A DNA stretch of 64,000 nucleotides. It comes from Massalongia carnosa. Taxonomy: Eukaryota. Below the pieces are notes generated by a model. It saw nothing but the letters and a program-made list of their open reading frames with translations. It searched no databases and was not told the origin of the DNA. The translations under genes were made by a program, and so were the position numbers. Positions 36,969 through 51,447 of the stretch are shown one piece after another; the first letter of the stretch is position 1, and each line of letters begins with the position of its first letter. The DNA lies in the NCBI GenBank assembly GCA_965645245.1, contig OZ287068.1:2914001-2978000 (forward strand). Reading direction: 5' to 3'.

Positions 36969-39900
36969 ATATTGGGTACAAAGTTTGGTTTTATTCTAAA
37001 ATATAATGTTGATATTTCCAATAATTTACCAATAAACCAGGTCACACATATTAATTCTTTTACCACTTCGTCCTTCTATGTACATGGTCTAGTTTCTATT
37101 AGTACAGCCTTCATATAATTATTCTACGTTTAACTGCTGGACTCCAGACTCATAAGCTACAAAAAGCAACTACTTTATTCGAATCATCTATAGCTTCTAA
37201 TTTCCTCTTAAAGGTAAGGAAGGAGCTTAAGTTCAGTTCACATCATGACTCTTCTCGTCAAGCATCCAGTTGCTGATTATCTAATAACCAGCATCGATAG
37301 CTAATCATGACTATCTCTATAATTCGATTACACCAAACTCCACCATGGGGTTTCTTCTTCGTTTTGCTCATGCACGATTGAGCGTACATGTATTGCGTCT
37401 AGATCAGCTTACCTCTCTTGCTTTCATAGACAAAATGTACAAATATTCTGGCTCTGCTTTACTGCAACCATGAGTTCTCTATGTATTATAAAACACAATA
37501 TCTTTGTCACCCGTGGACTGATTTAAATAGGTCTTCTTTGGGAAGGTGAGCATTTTGATATAAATTCGCTGAGCCCCCTACTCTCTGGATATACTTCAGG
37601 ATGTTCCTTGGTGGTACACAACGGAGGGAAAGCTATAGAAACCAACTCCCAACCCAGTTTTATGGTGGTGCTCTGAATAAGCTCAGCCGATATTTTGTGA
37701 CAGGTTTATCATTGTTTTAGAAAGAAGACAATTGCTAATACACACGGCTCATAGATTCGATCAGAACATTTTGCTTGATAAAGCGTCTGCAACCCGAAAA
37801 TATCACTTCCAGCAAGACAAAAATAACCAAGCATCTTCGATTTAAATCTTTCTATACAGCGCGTTTCCCGGTTTCAATAACAATGCAAGTTCTAGATACC
37901 CGTTGAGCTTACCAGTTACTGGAGAAGCTACCCAAGCAACTCACTAACCCAGTCAAAAAAGAATGAGTAATAAAATCGTTTACCTATAATTCCGGTGGGG
38001 GACTCTGCAAATAGCAATGAAGTTCTGATTCAGACAAAAACGGAGTCCTAGATACATCTAAAGCTTGCACCCGGAGGAGCTACCTACAACTCAAACAAAT
38101 CTTGGCAAGCATTTTCAGCATAATTCGACGCCTTTCCGTCTTCTGAACACGCCCTATATACGCCCTAAGCTTGTTGATGTAAAATTACCTGCAAATAGAA
38201 AAGTCTTCCCACAGAGTACAATATGATAACAAAATATTCTTTTCAATTTTGGAAGCGTAGTACTCAAACGACCTCTCAGACCACTATATGTACTCTCCCA
38301 AAATCGACAATTCAGGTTAATTTCAAAAGTGGCAGCTTTTGATTTAAGACCAGAACTCAACGGATCTACTCAGAGCACCCCCAGATTTCTCACTTGTGCT
38401 GTAAAAATTACCTTCTGACACTTATGCACCTCTAAAAACACTATGAAACCTATGACCTTGCGAGCATTCATCATCTCAAGCCACGAAGGAGCCAAGCGCT
38501 CTTTTGCAAGAAGAACTTGTCATCTTATCACGCCGGATAGATACGCCCACCAATACAATTCTTCAAGTCAAAGGAACAAAATATCATCATCTTCTTCAAA
38601 ATCGAGCAATTCTCCTTCATGTTCAAGTTGAATTTTTTCCTCACAACGTCATTTGCTCGTCCTCAGCAATTTAAAAATTCTCTATATCGAAACACCATGA
38701 AACATCATGAAATATCATGAAAAACAATTTATACTGCAGAGACATTCAGCTATACGTCATTGCTTGCCCCTATCAATCTCTCAATCCTTCTTTCATTGAA
38801 ATACCCACAATCGGCAATTTGGAAATCAGCCGATGACAAACCACTCACACGTTGAACCGCAAAAGACCAGCCAGTCAATCAGTCCCAAAAAAAATCTCAT
38901 TTCTTCTCCCCCTCCCTGTCTCCATTTTCATTCAATCCGTTCATACTGTCTGTCTGTCTCTCTGTCCTACGTATAGGAGTTTTTAAAAAATCAAAAATCC
39001 CCCAACGACGTTAGTGTGCTAGACGCCTATGTGGATTGATAAATAAGTAGGCAGGTAGGTAGTAGGTAGTAAAGGAGGAGGAAAGTGGAGAAAAGTAAGA
39101 GGTAGGCAAGGGGGGGAGAGGGGATGAATAGGATATATAGGTAAAATACTTACTCTATTCTACCCTATCCTGTCCAACCAATCAAACTAGTTAGACAATC
39201 AATTGATTATTACCCAACTGCCTGTATGCCCCTACATGCCCCCCCTGCTCCCTTTTCCCCTATCCCTCCTTCCTTCCACCACGAAAAAGTCGCCCCTTTC
39301 CACACTGCGCTACTACGGTACGACGGCACGGGAGTGAAAGGGTTTTCCCCTAAAAGGATAAATGGGAAAAAAGTAAAAAGGCGCAAAGAATAATTTCCCG
39401 TTCCTCTCTTATATCTAGATCCACCCATCCATGTATATACCCATCTATGTACCCATCTATCAAAGCAAGCAAGCACCACAACCCCCCCCGCACAAAAAAA
39501 AACCCAGTTTACTTGCTCGCTATTCCTCCCTTCTTTCTTCCCCGCCCGCCTTTTCGCGTTTTTCCCCTTTCTTCTTCTTTCTTTCTTACTCGCGCAAAAC
39601 CAAAATGAAAAACAGGAGCGAGAAATAAACGATGAAAAGGTGTATGTGTGTGTGGTATCTAATCGTTTCGCTTTCACCGCAGAGGACCCCCAAGAGAAAG
39701 GAATACCAAGCCCACCCGTCTTTTTGTTTTTTCTTATTTCTTCTCTTCTGTATTGCCGAATATTGTGTAAAGAAAGAAATGATCAAGGATTTTTTAAGGT
39801 AGAAAAAAGAGCATTTTTCGGAAGAGAAATGAATTAAAGGGTTAGCTAATGTGCAGCCTAGCCACGCATAAGTTTGAACCAGCGGGGTTAGACGAGGTCA

Positions 39901-40127
39901 TGGGGGAAATTGAATGGGTAGATCATGTCAGTCCCGAACGTCAAGTACAAAAACAACCTGTTGATGCCTCGGCAAGCCACTCAGACACACCCAATTCCAA
40001 TGTTCCAACTTCTCTCCCACGTGTGATCACATCTCTGGTTGTCAACCAAAGTAACATATCCCTCCCTTTCGCAAACTCCCCCTTGTCCAAGCCCTTAAAC
40101 AAAGTCTATACAGAGTATCAACTCGGT

Positions 40128-43100
40128 CTATGCACTTTTCTCGTGTTGCGTGGAAACACGTTGCAACGACACAACTAAAGGTGGCAGGTTAGCAATGCAT
40201 TCGGAATAGATTAGAGAACGGCGAAAACTCCATAATAGACATACCGAAATCTTCCAAGGAACGCTGTTTTTGGTTCTTCTTTGGCGATTTACCATGCATC
40301 AGGTTATCAAAGCCCACGGAGTCGGCAAGCAGATAATAGAGACCGCCGAGCACGCAAAACACCCCAAAGGAGAAAAGCCAGACACGGACAACGGCTACAA
40401 TGGAGGTACGTCCACCGACAAAGAATCCAAACAGACAGAAGAACGTAGCGATGATATCGACCACCAGAATGGCGCCTGTCAACTGCCACGACGGGACCGA
40501 AGACCAGAAAGGACCATTGGCGCGAGTGATGAAGATCAACCAATTCTCCGACAACGAGATCTGCAGGAAAAGGATTTCGTCACGTTTGCCAAAGTTCTGG
40601 ATGATGCCGCCATGATAGAAGCCGCCGGATTGATCGGAAGCGAACATGGTGGTGAGGGTGATCCAGGTCCCAATGGCCAATACAATACCAAGGATGACCG
40701 AGGTGCCCCATAGTTTCGGCAAGTTCCATTTGACCGGAGACTTGGAGAAAGGTGCGTTGTCGTAGGCAATGGCGAGAGTCGCGACATCGGCAAATATGGC
40801 AATAAAGACGACAAGCTCGATATTTAAGCTGGTATTGAGAATGGCAATCCAAAGACCCAGGAAGATCTCCAAATGAAGGGACAAGGCGATACGGTAGACA
40901 ACGTATGCGTACATCCGATGGAAGATCTGGCGGGAAGTCTTGAGAGCATCGATGATGGCCGAGAGACCCGGTGCAAGGAAAACAATATCAGCCGCAGAAC
41001 GTGCCGCATCAGAAGCGCCCTCAACGGCAATTCCGGTGTCAGCTTTCTTAAGCGAAGGAGCATCGTTAACACCATCACCTGTCATGGCAACCAAATAGCC
41101 ACGTTGCTGGAGGATTTCCACGACGTTATACTTGTGCTGAGGGAATACTTCCGCGAAACCGTCCGCTGCCTCGACGAAATCGTATACTTCAGATCCAGGC
41201 ATAGTTCCTCCTCCACCGAGCCCGAGGCGCTCGGCGTTGTAGACATTGGTACCCAGACCCAATTGACGCGAAGTCTCACGAGCGATACCAACGGCATCAC
41301 CGGTCAACATCTTGATGGACAACCCTAGGGTCTTGGCTTCGTTGATGGTCTTTGCGGTATCGTGACGTGGAGGATCAGCGCAAGGCATGATGCCCAAGAT
41401 TTCCCATGATCCTTCGCCACGCTTCCGAGCGACACCGAGGGAGCGGAAACCACGAGTAGCGAATTCGGCCACCTTGTTTTTGTACGCAGCATCAATGTCC
41501 TCTGGAATTGGATGATCTTCCTCGACGGTCTTAAGAACGAAAAGTGGTGCTCCTTTAACGCAAATAATGCGCTCGCCTTGGGGGGATTGTACAACAGCGG
41601 AGACCTTTTTCGAGATAGGGTCAAAAGGGTGGAACTCGATGACCTTGTACTTGGTGAGGACACCCTTGGCGCGAGGATAGTATTTGAGCGACTTCAAGAA
41701 AGCTTTGTCAATGGCATCAATACCCTTCTTCTTGCGAGACGCAGCCAGGCAAGCAGTTAGCATCAAATCCTCGGCCTCGACGCCCTCAACAGTGTAAGGC
41801 TCTGCGAGGGAGAGCTTGTTCTTGGTCAACGTTCCGGTTCTGGCCGAACGTTAGTTTGAGGGAGCCTGGAAGCGCAACAGCAACCTACTTGTCCGAGCAC
41901 AGAATCTCCACCCCGGCCAAAGACTCGATCGCCGAAAGTTTTTGCACGATGGCCCTTTTTTTAGCAAGATAAGCAGCTCCGACCGCCATGGTGGTAGTAA
42001 CAACAGCTGGAAGACCGACAGGGACACCGATGATGGTGATGGCGAGAGTGAATTCCAGGATCTGCTTGATGCCATTCGAGCGATAAAAGGACGACACCCA
42101 GACAACGAGAAGCGTGGCGATGACGAGGATCAACAGAACTGTACCGATGCCGTTAAGCACTTCGGTAAAATGACCAGTCCCGCTCGATGCAGCGTTGACC
42201 AAAGCAGCGGCACGACCCACGAAGGTGCTATCCCCAGTGGCGCTTACCACCATGAAAGCCTCTCCACGCTTAACGGCTGAGGATGCGTAGCACGTATCTC
42301 CCTTGTGCTTGTCGACAGCAAGAGATTCACCGGTAATGGCAGATTGATCAACTTGCAGGTAGGCGTCGTCGGTGACAATGCGCCCATCAGCTGGGATAAT
42401 AGTACCCTAGTATCCATGTAAGTTTACAGCCCGCACAAGATACAATTCAGAAACCTTACTTCTTCAATCTGAAGTATGTCGCCAGGAACCACAAAGGGCG
42501 CGTCACATTCCTGTAGCCGTCCTTCTCGAAGGACAGTGGCTCTGTTCGCAAGAGTCTTTTTAAGCTCCTCGACAATTGAACCCGCCTGGAATTCTTGGAC
42601 GAAGCCTACTGTAGCATTGAGCAAGAGGAGGGCAATGATGACACCGAAGTCCACCCAATCCTCTAGACCGGCAGCCAGAATTGCAGCGGCCTGAAAAGTC
42701 ATTGTGTTAGCCGTGAACCACTACAGCGACAGATCCGGACAACCCAGGAAGCCTCCTTACCTCCATGACAAACTGGATGGGACCAATAAAGTATCCGAGA
42801 AACTTGAGAATCAAGTTTTCCTTCTCCTCCTTCATCTGATTGAGGCCAAACTTCCTCCTGCGTACCAAGACCTCCGCTTCACTCAGACCAATATGCGTGT
42901 CGGTTTGCAACAGTTCTTCCGCAACTGGGCGGGCACCGCCAGCTTCCATCACCTCGTCTTCCACATCAATCTGGCCATCCATCGACTCCAGGTCGTCAAT
43001 CAATGCGTCCATATCCTCTTCCTCATCCTCGTCCACGCCATCTGCCTTTTCTGCGGAGACGGGAGCAGCATGATGGTCGCCATGAGCAGTTTTTTCCGGG

Positions 43101-43222
43101 TCATGCGCTTCATTGAAATGACCGCTGGGTACACTGGTACCCAGATGGTTTGGTGGCAGGTTATCCGAGCTTGTTGTGGATGAATAGTCCCCGGCGTGAG
43201 CGGCCGTGGATCCCACCGCCAT
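40128..43222 (-). CDS. PMA1: Plasma membrane H+-ATPase (P3A type)
   Basis: CSDK|TGTLT phosphorylation motif, TGES, KGAP, MLTGD and [15 protein letters not shown]-terminal exon [14 protein letters not shown]. Confidence 0.97.
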
Positions 43223-46200
43223 CGAGTTCGATATGTTGTTGATTATGCAGGTATATCACTAGAAGGGAGCGATAAACATAGAATGGTTGGCGATTGACGA
43301 GTCAGAAAGTACGAGAAGAAGAGTCCTAGGACTGGCGGAGTGAATAGTGATCGTGGGAGAAATGAATTGAGGTTCCAGCGGGAAAGAAGAAGTGCGGACG
43401 AAGCTCGGGGGTTTTGTGGTGAAAGAGCTACCCTAAGCAGTTGTTGCTACGGCGAACGATTACAGTGTACAGTGTATTGGAGTACCCTGGACGGTTACGC
43501 AGACGAGTGTTGCATTGAAGGCACTTATCACGATTGCGCTCTGTGTTCACAGTTCTCCACCACTGAAGAATATATGCTCCACGGTAAGCAAAAATGATCC
43601 AAAAGCATGTGTGAGAAGAAGACGAAGAAGAAGAAGAATGATGAGAATTTGTGCGATTAAAAGTCAATTGCAGCAGTGAAATTTTTTTTTCCCGCACGTG
43701 TCGGTGTGTGCCTACAGTACAGACTAGTTCCCTTTCCTAGTCTTGACCAGTGTTTCGGTACGGAGTATCGTTCGCTTATCCGTCACCGAATGGATTACGT
43801 AACACCGACCCCGCAGCGGTTTCCTCGTTCCGATAGGCCCGTTACCGTCTATCCGTGACGGTTTTCAAACGATAGTCTCGGTCAGAAACTCGGCCTCCAG
43901 ACCCTGAATTACGACGACAATACGACATTTCGGATCTGACCATTCGGCGCGAAGCATTCTTTAGCTCTTCCGCTGCCGGAGTTCCTTTAAAGGTCTCAGT
44001 GGTCTTGGCCAGAGCTTCGAGAAGCATATGGCAGGAGTGGAAATCATTTGCAGTTTTAATTGTGAATGTCCATGCGGCGTTCTCATTGGGCACACCTCCT
44101 GAAGACATCGTAGAAGATAAAGAAAAATAAAAAAGATAACGAAACCCTTTTCCTGCACCGGTGGCTTGAACAGACAACCTTGAACCTGGAAACCGCGAAG
44201 AATTACCTCGACTGTAAGGGTACCAGGTAAGTTACAGAGTAGGTATTTTCCATTCCCGACAAAGGCGTTTTATGAACCATGGCCAAAGGTTCGCATTGAA
44301 CCTCCTAATGCGGCAAAGTCCTTTTCGCTAGAGCAAACGCCCACGATTGATCTTTCAATACAATGTGTAACTCTGTAACTCGGTACGCTGTACTCGGTAA
44401 TCAGTACAGAGTACTCTGTGTAGCTAGAGTAACTACTTTATGGAGAGGCATCTACAATGAACGAGCGAGTGTAAGACAAACGAGACCTTGCTTGGCCAGG
44501 ACCCAGCCAAGAAAAGAGCGTGCGGCATCGATACGATGCGGTAATCGTCGTTGCGAAAAGCTAATCGTAGTCCGGAAGAGAAGAAAATTCTAATGCGCGA
44601 TATACCGGCAGGAAATACCTCAACCACGAATGCCATCAGCCTCCAAGATGGATGTTTGGTCCCTCTCAGCCATGTGCATATTGTTGGGGCACTCAAGGCG
44701 AGGCACTCGTTAGCCTCTATCTCTTAGTCCAGAGTATTCTTTTTGTACTCTGTACGGGGTCCAGAGTCCAGGATATGGATATGGGACTCAACAAGCCAAA
44801 CAATGATGTTATTTCCATCCTCCGGTGGGTGCGTCTCGCCCGGTTGTCTAGTTAAAGCGAATCCAGCTGAGCCGAGAAAAATTACTGTCATCATGTCATC
44901 TTCTGGTCCACACAAGACGAGGCAATATCTTGTAGAATATAGAGAATACTCTGTATAGAGTACCGAGTACAAAGTACAAAGTACAGAGTACCATATGAAA
45001 AATCACTGTCGGTGAGAAAACGCACAAAAACGCACACCACTTGCAGGCACCTGGCACATGCAGGGCTCCCGAGCGTCGCTAATCATGGACCAACCAACGG
45101 GGGATCCAAGTTTTCAAAACCTTATTGATCCCTCGACTGATGATTCGCTTTGGCAAGACCCGAAATGTGATGCGCTCATCCACGAGTGAGAGAAAGCGCA
45201 GTACTTACAGAGCAAGCATGTGCTTCCCGTTGCCCCAGCTTTTTTGGGTGCCCAGCCTGCTGGTGCATATCAGAATGAGTTCCCGTTACTTGGCGAAAAA
45301 GCGGTTAATAACCCCCCGTTTTCCGGGCTTTACGGCTCCTTCGTCTTCTTTTATTTTGCTCGTGTTTGCGTTAACAGTTTCTCCTGAAACGGGTAGGATT
45401 GATGCCATACGGCACGATGGATCAGCTAGAGTTCATCAAGTAATCGTTTCATTCCTCTACCAAGGAAATCAATCAGTATCTCAAGACTCTCAAGATGTTG
45501 TACATATATCACAAGACACCGAATGAACCCAATCATCCAACATGCTCATTTATTGATACCTCATGACCATGAAAGCAATGCATGGATGGATATGAGTTAA
45601 CATCCCCTTCGCAAAAACTCGTCTATCCTTCCCCAATCCTCTAACTTCCATCAGTCAACTTTCCATCCTTCCCTCTATATGAATTCTATGAATCTCAATC
45701 CCCCTCACCCCCTTCCCAAATCCAACCCCTGTAGATAAAAAGAACCCCTCCCCCCTTCCGACAAGAAACTCTCTCCGAAAAGATCCAAGAATAACGACAA
45801 TTTCCCACTTCTCCCCTATCCCTCCAACTTTCCCACCCAAGACCCCTTGATCCTTCTTGCTCCCATTCCCCTCTTCTTCCCCTCCCCTCCCTTTCATCCC
45901 TCAGTCCCTCCCCCACCCCCTTAGAACCGAATTCCCTTTTCCGCAGCTGTGGATTGGTTGGTTGGTTGGTTGGTTCGGTGGGTGGGTATTGATAGGAGAA
46001 CCGGAGGCGAGGGAAGAGGGAGAAAGGAGAGGAGAAGGAAAGTTATAGGTTGCAGGTTGCAGGTTGCAGGTTATAAGTTATAAATAGATAGAGAGAAGAT
46101 GCCAGGAAAGCACATCCCCAAAAATGCACATAGTCTCAAATCCTCAACCAATCAATCAATCTATTAAGTTTATCTTTTTTCTCCTCATATCCGAATTTTC

Positions 46201-47430
46201 TTCCTTGTATGTACCCCTTCTTCCCTTTCGCTTTCCCTCCCCATTCTCGAACCCCCCCGAACAGCTAGCCAACTCCCTCCTTCCCTTCGCTCCTTTTGCG
46301 CTCCCACTCGCGCGCTCTGTCTCTTTGTGGGAAAGGCGATCGAACGAACGGGCAAACAAGCAAACAAGCAAACGAATGAATAAAGAAATGAAAGAACACA
46401 CGAACAAACGATCGAAAGAAATAATGAACAAACGAAAAGCCTTTTCTATGAAACCATCCCCATCGCCTCCCTCTCGTCGAGCCGCGTTCATTCTTTACCC
46501 CCTCTTCGGATGGGTGTTAGGCCGAGCAAAGTCGGTAGATCAGACTAGCCGGTCAGTCGATCGGTGCATCAGTCAAGCGTTCCGTCAGTCAGGATCACAT
46601 GCATCTTGCACGTAAGGTAGATAGGCTAGATAAATAGGTAGAGATGTGTAGGTATGTAGATAAGTAAATGCGCTGGAAGAAAATCTCCCGCATCCGGAAC
46701 CCTTCTGATGCAAAGAAAATACGCTATACACCCGAAAGATTTCTCTGGATCATGGCATGTAAGGGAGGAAGGAGAAGGACGAGTTGTGAAAGAACAACGT
46801 CAAACCCGCAAATACCGCACTTCAAATCGATTTACTTGGAAAGTGAGATTGAATTGAAATCTTGGATAACTACGGATTACTATCTGGTCCTCAGAACAAT
46901 TCCGAGACAGTTAGCACCGTTAAGCACCCTCCGCTGGTCGGCTTCATCACTAGTTCACCACATATCCTGTGAAACCTGCCAGTGGTCGTCATGAAGTCTA
47001 CCGGGACAACCGCCGAGCATAACTGTACACGTCCCTTTTGTCATTTGGCTCCCTCCGTAAGAAGACAAACAGAAAGTGAAGAGGAAGGGAAATAAGTTGC
47101 TTGCAGGATCTAACTACTAGTAAAAACTCGTCTTAATATTCTTGTGAGTACGTATCCTGCATCGCAAGTATCATGCCCCACAAACCAAGGCCTTGACATG
47201 AGTGCTGATTGAGAACGCCGGGATGATATGCTGCTGGTTGACTGAAATGGAAATCGTAGTTTTTGAAGAATCATAAGCACGCCGGTTGGAGAGGTCTTAA
47301 AGGGCCTTGCGAAGACGTAAGAGGAGAAAAATTATCCGGCGCCCGAAAAATGGAGAAGGGCTCAGCGGGATATTTCTAAACCAAGGAGAAGCAACCAGCG
47401 GATAGTTTTACGAGGAAAAGCGCAAGAAGT

Positions 47431-50167
47431 CTAAGTAGCACCAGGAGGAGGAGGTTGAATAGGCGTCGTTCCAGGCATGACGAACCCTGGCGGGAACATG
47501 GGCATCCCATTTGGTAGCCCTGGAAACTGAAATCCAAACCCGGGAACAGCCGGAGAGACACCGATGGAAGTGGAATCTCGGTCGTTGCGTTCGGGTTGGC
47601 GGTAACGTGAAGCTGGAGTTGTTGAACTTGGAGGATCACGCGTTGACCTTGGTCCCTGCTGACCTCCCTTGTCGGTGGCCATGCGGCGGCTGATGGCTAT
47701 TCCACTGTGAGTAGACTTCGACGAGAACAACATATAAGATATGAAACATTTACCTTTTGACGAAACACCAGCACCAATTTCAATGTCAGGTTCTTCGACA
47801 ACGAGCCCGCTCACAATAGCCTTCCCACCAGTTCCTCCGTACTCGGCGGTCAACATCCATTTCCGGTCGGCGTCAGTCAGACGATCAATGGGAATAATAC
47901 TAATACCGGTTTGGTAATCACTACAATCGCGAGGCCCAAAGCCTACTCCCCAGCGAGTCTAAGCGGTTCGTTAGCCTACTCTACGCGTGGTCGCATTTGG
48001 ATGCAGGTGATTCCAGCTGGCGTTCTTACCCTCAATTGCATTTCGGAGGATTTATAGCGTTCCATGCCATCTTTAGCGACCATGGCTTCATTACGAGTCA
48101 GCATCTTTACAAACGCATGGCGTTTCTCGACATTGACAATGCAAGTTTGAACTATTCCAAAAGCTGAGAATATGCCACGTAAAACATCTTCGGATGATCT
48201 GTCTAGTTGTCAAAAATGCCCATTTTACATGTGATCTGCATGAAGGTTTTCAAGATCAACTTACGTAACTCCCCCAACAAACAATGTTCTGCTAAGGACT
48301 AAACATTGCATGAGCATTAAGTTCCGTCCAAGCAACACACAATAGCTGCGCTTACCCTTGATGTGATTCTCTTTCAGAGTCGGATCGTGTTCAATCCATT
48401 TGGGTCCTGGTGGTGGTAACGCGGTATCTTGGCGATTGGGACTTGCACTTCTACGGAAGCGATCTGGGGCTGGGCTTCGTTGACGATATTCAGCACCTTG
48501 CCCTCTGCCTCTACCTGGACGTCCATATGATCCCCGACCGCCATTACGGCCGGATGGATCGCCATCATACTCTCCATATACAGGACTATCTCGACGCCGC
48601 GGTGGGCTCGCATCACGACGTCTATCCCAGCCGGCAGGCGAGCGAGAACGCGAGCGAGGGTTTCTATGTCGCCCAGATGGAGAACGCACGTATTGATCAT
48701 TGTAGCCATTACGGTCACGTGATGGATCATCCCTTCCACCACCACCAACAGCTACAGCAGCAGTAGCAGCAGCAGCAGGATACCCTCCACTATTTTGACT
48801 ATTTCGCGGCCAACTGGGTGGGGCTTGAAAATTGGGATTTGGTGCTGCTGCAGCGCCACTAGATATAAGAACAGAAAGTACAGCAGCCCATTGATCTTGC
48901 GGGACCCCCTGAGCTTGGAGAGCTTGTAATATCTGCAGCTGCTGCTGGAGCGACTCAGCGGTGGGACCACCACCTTGAGGCAATACTGGTGCGGCCTGAA
49001 TGATATTCGCCTGCCCATTCGGCAGAGTGGGAGGATAATTGGGAACATTACTCATGCCTGCGAACGATAATACGCCATTCGCAGCTCCAGGTACGCTTAC
49101 AGCCTGGGGGGCTGGAGGTACAGAGAGAGCTGGATTTACGGACGAAGACATAGGTGGCGGAAAAGCACTCTGTGAATTTGTTACATTGTTTGAGCTAGGC
49201 AGAGCCGGGATTCCTGACGATGCAGTAGCAGTGTTTGTCTGCGCCATCTCCCGGAGCGTCTGAAGAATTCTCGACGTGTCTGTCATTGTCGGTGCTGCAG
49301 CATTTCCGGGCTGCTCATTCAACGAGATAAAGTCCTTGGGAGGCGATCCTTCGGGAGTGGTCGATTTTATTGCTACAAGAACAGAACAAAGTATCAGAAG
49401 CCTTGATTACGACAAATTCTGCCTATCATGCGAAAAACGGAAAAGATAGCTAGAGAATCTTACCATTCGAATTTGAAGCATTCAACTTTTCCTTGAAATT
49501 CAAAAGCATTGGCGCTGGGAAGGTACTCCCACGCTCCCAGATGTCCACAAGTTTCCTGATTCTGGCCTAATACGCAAAAACATACGTGAGTTTCAGGGTG
49601 AGACATAGATACTGGGAAGAAAGGAGTCGGCGTTCTTATATAGATAAAAAACATCATCGCGTATTTATCATCGTCTCTGCACAAGCAGATTGTTTCATGG
49701 TCCTATGTGACCTGTCTAAGAAGCGTACCTTTTGATCCTCGGGAGCAGTATTTATGATATCAGTCATGAATGAAGGTAGTAGCTCTGTCACATGATTGAC
49801 ACCAGCAGCGAATGTACCGTCAGATGCACTAGATCCAGGCGGTTGCCCAGCTTTGCGTGCCTGATCTACCCATTGTCGCGTTACAGAATCTACAACATAG
49901 AGCACACCGAGTTTATGTGTTCCAGGAGCCTTTTTGAAGTGCGTGTAAATCTTTTGAATCAGAACGGTCTCAGACTGTCGGTCACAGAGATGGATCAGTA
50001 AGGGGTATCATATCGATGGAGGTAGAAATCCATTAAGAACGACTTACCTGTATGTTCGCAGTACAAAGTGAAGTTATGCTGGCGATCTTGGAACCGGTAA
50101 CACCTGGAGCCTTGAGGAGGAGCATAGACTGAAGGATCCCATCTAGGTCTGCTACGCAAGACGACAT
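47431..50167 (-). CDS. NRD1: Nrd1/Seb1 RNA-binding transcription termination factor (CID + RRM)
   Basis: CID with KAPGVTGSKI and HKLGVLYVVDSVTRQW. RS-rich linker. RRM VLSRTLFVGGV, then RWGVGFGPRDCSDYQTGISIIPI and VVEEPDIEIGAGVSSK. Confidence 0.9.
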
Positions 50168-50682
50168 ATTTGCAGTGCCAGTGCGAACACGAGCTTACTT
50201 CGGGCTATTCCAATCTGTGCGGAACTACCATCTATCAAGCAATAATGGTATGATTGTATGCACAGCTTGACGAAAGGATGATGTTTGGTTTGATGTAATG
50301 ATTGCAACCAGTCCACCAAAAAGAAAGTTGGGTGCTGGTTGTGATGTGATATGATGGCCTTGAATGTCAAGCGTAGTGTTAGGTAGCGAAAGAAATCGAG
50401 TCAGAGGCAAGAATCTTCGCCGGTCGCACACTGTGCCCAACACACCTACGACGACCTCCAATGCTATGTAAGATTTCTGTCTTCAGCAGTATCTACTTAT
50501 TGAGATAACTTGCTGATCGAAACTTAATCTAGGCGATTAATCTTGGTGGTGAATATAGCTTTTGATGATTATGATGATGAAAGAAGGAGGTGGGAAAGAT
50601 TCTTAATAGATGGAAAGGTGGAAAATCTGACACCCGAAGTGAAGCCCCGCTTAGGTATGTATTAGTAATGAATCCAATGAAA

Positions 50683-51447
50683 AGTGGTTTTAGTCTGAGG
50701 GCCAGGTTTTTATGTACATTAATAATAGTCAAAACGTTGTATCCTTAAGATGCATACGCTTAATGAATCAATTTAAGGTAGAAACCTCTTCCCTTGGATA
50801 TCACTTCTACTGCGAACATACTGTAGAGGTGTCATTCAGTCTTGATCACGAATGAAGGACAGAGTATCATATGATCAGTTAGGCCTGCTAGGTTAGAAAC
50901 CTTTACGTGGTGCAGGCTATTAACACCTCCTCGGAGATGGTCAATATCTGATCGTCGCCAACGCGGAAGCCCACCTTGGTGGCTGTTTGCATGATCAACG
51001 TCTCTACTGGTCATTCACCACTTCGAAGGCATACAAAGCCCATTCATTCAGAATGGCCACACCCCTCAGGCGGAAGCCTTTCACCACATCGAAAAAGCCC
51101 ATTCACTCGGAATGGCCATACTTCCACACCTTCATTTATACGACACCACGATCTGCCTCGATCACGGCCAGTCTTTCCTTCATTGAGTGAAAACGGTTAA
51201 AGAGAGAGAACTTTCGTCGAACGTGTGGAGATACACTGTCTAGTTCATCGAGTCTACAGGATTCCTAGCGCTTGAAGATCTGGGTGTATGCACCGCGTGG
51301 TAGAAGAACGATTTCGTTGCGTTCAAAATGGAATAAGGGAGTGGTTTTACCCTGGGGGCCAGGTTTCCACTTCCTGACTGTTGTTTATGTACATAAATAG
51401 CAGTCACAGCGTCATATCCTTAGGCTGCATACGCTTAATGAATTAAT
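50683..51447. repeat. Diverged ~90-bp direct repeats (50683-50772 and 51340-51447) flanking ~570 bp
   Basis: Shared AGTGGTTTTA..CTG.GGGCCAGGTTT, TTATGTACAT and an identical 18-mer TGCATACGCTTAATGAAT. Confidence 0.75.

Noticed and set aside
37000..38700. AT-rich stretch as a RIP-degraded transposon or gene relic
   Set aside because: No transposase/RT motifs or terminal repeats could be identified by eye.
45640..46500. ORFs in pyrimidine/purine-skewed DNA with (GGTT)n and (GGTTGCA)3
   Set aside because: Low-complexity intergenic sequence. Translations are compositionally biased.
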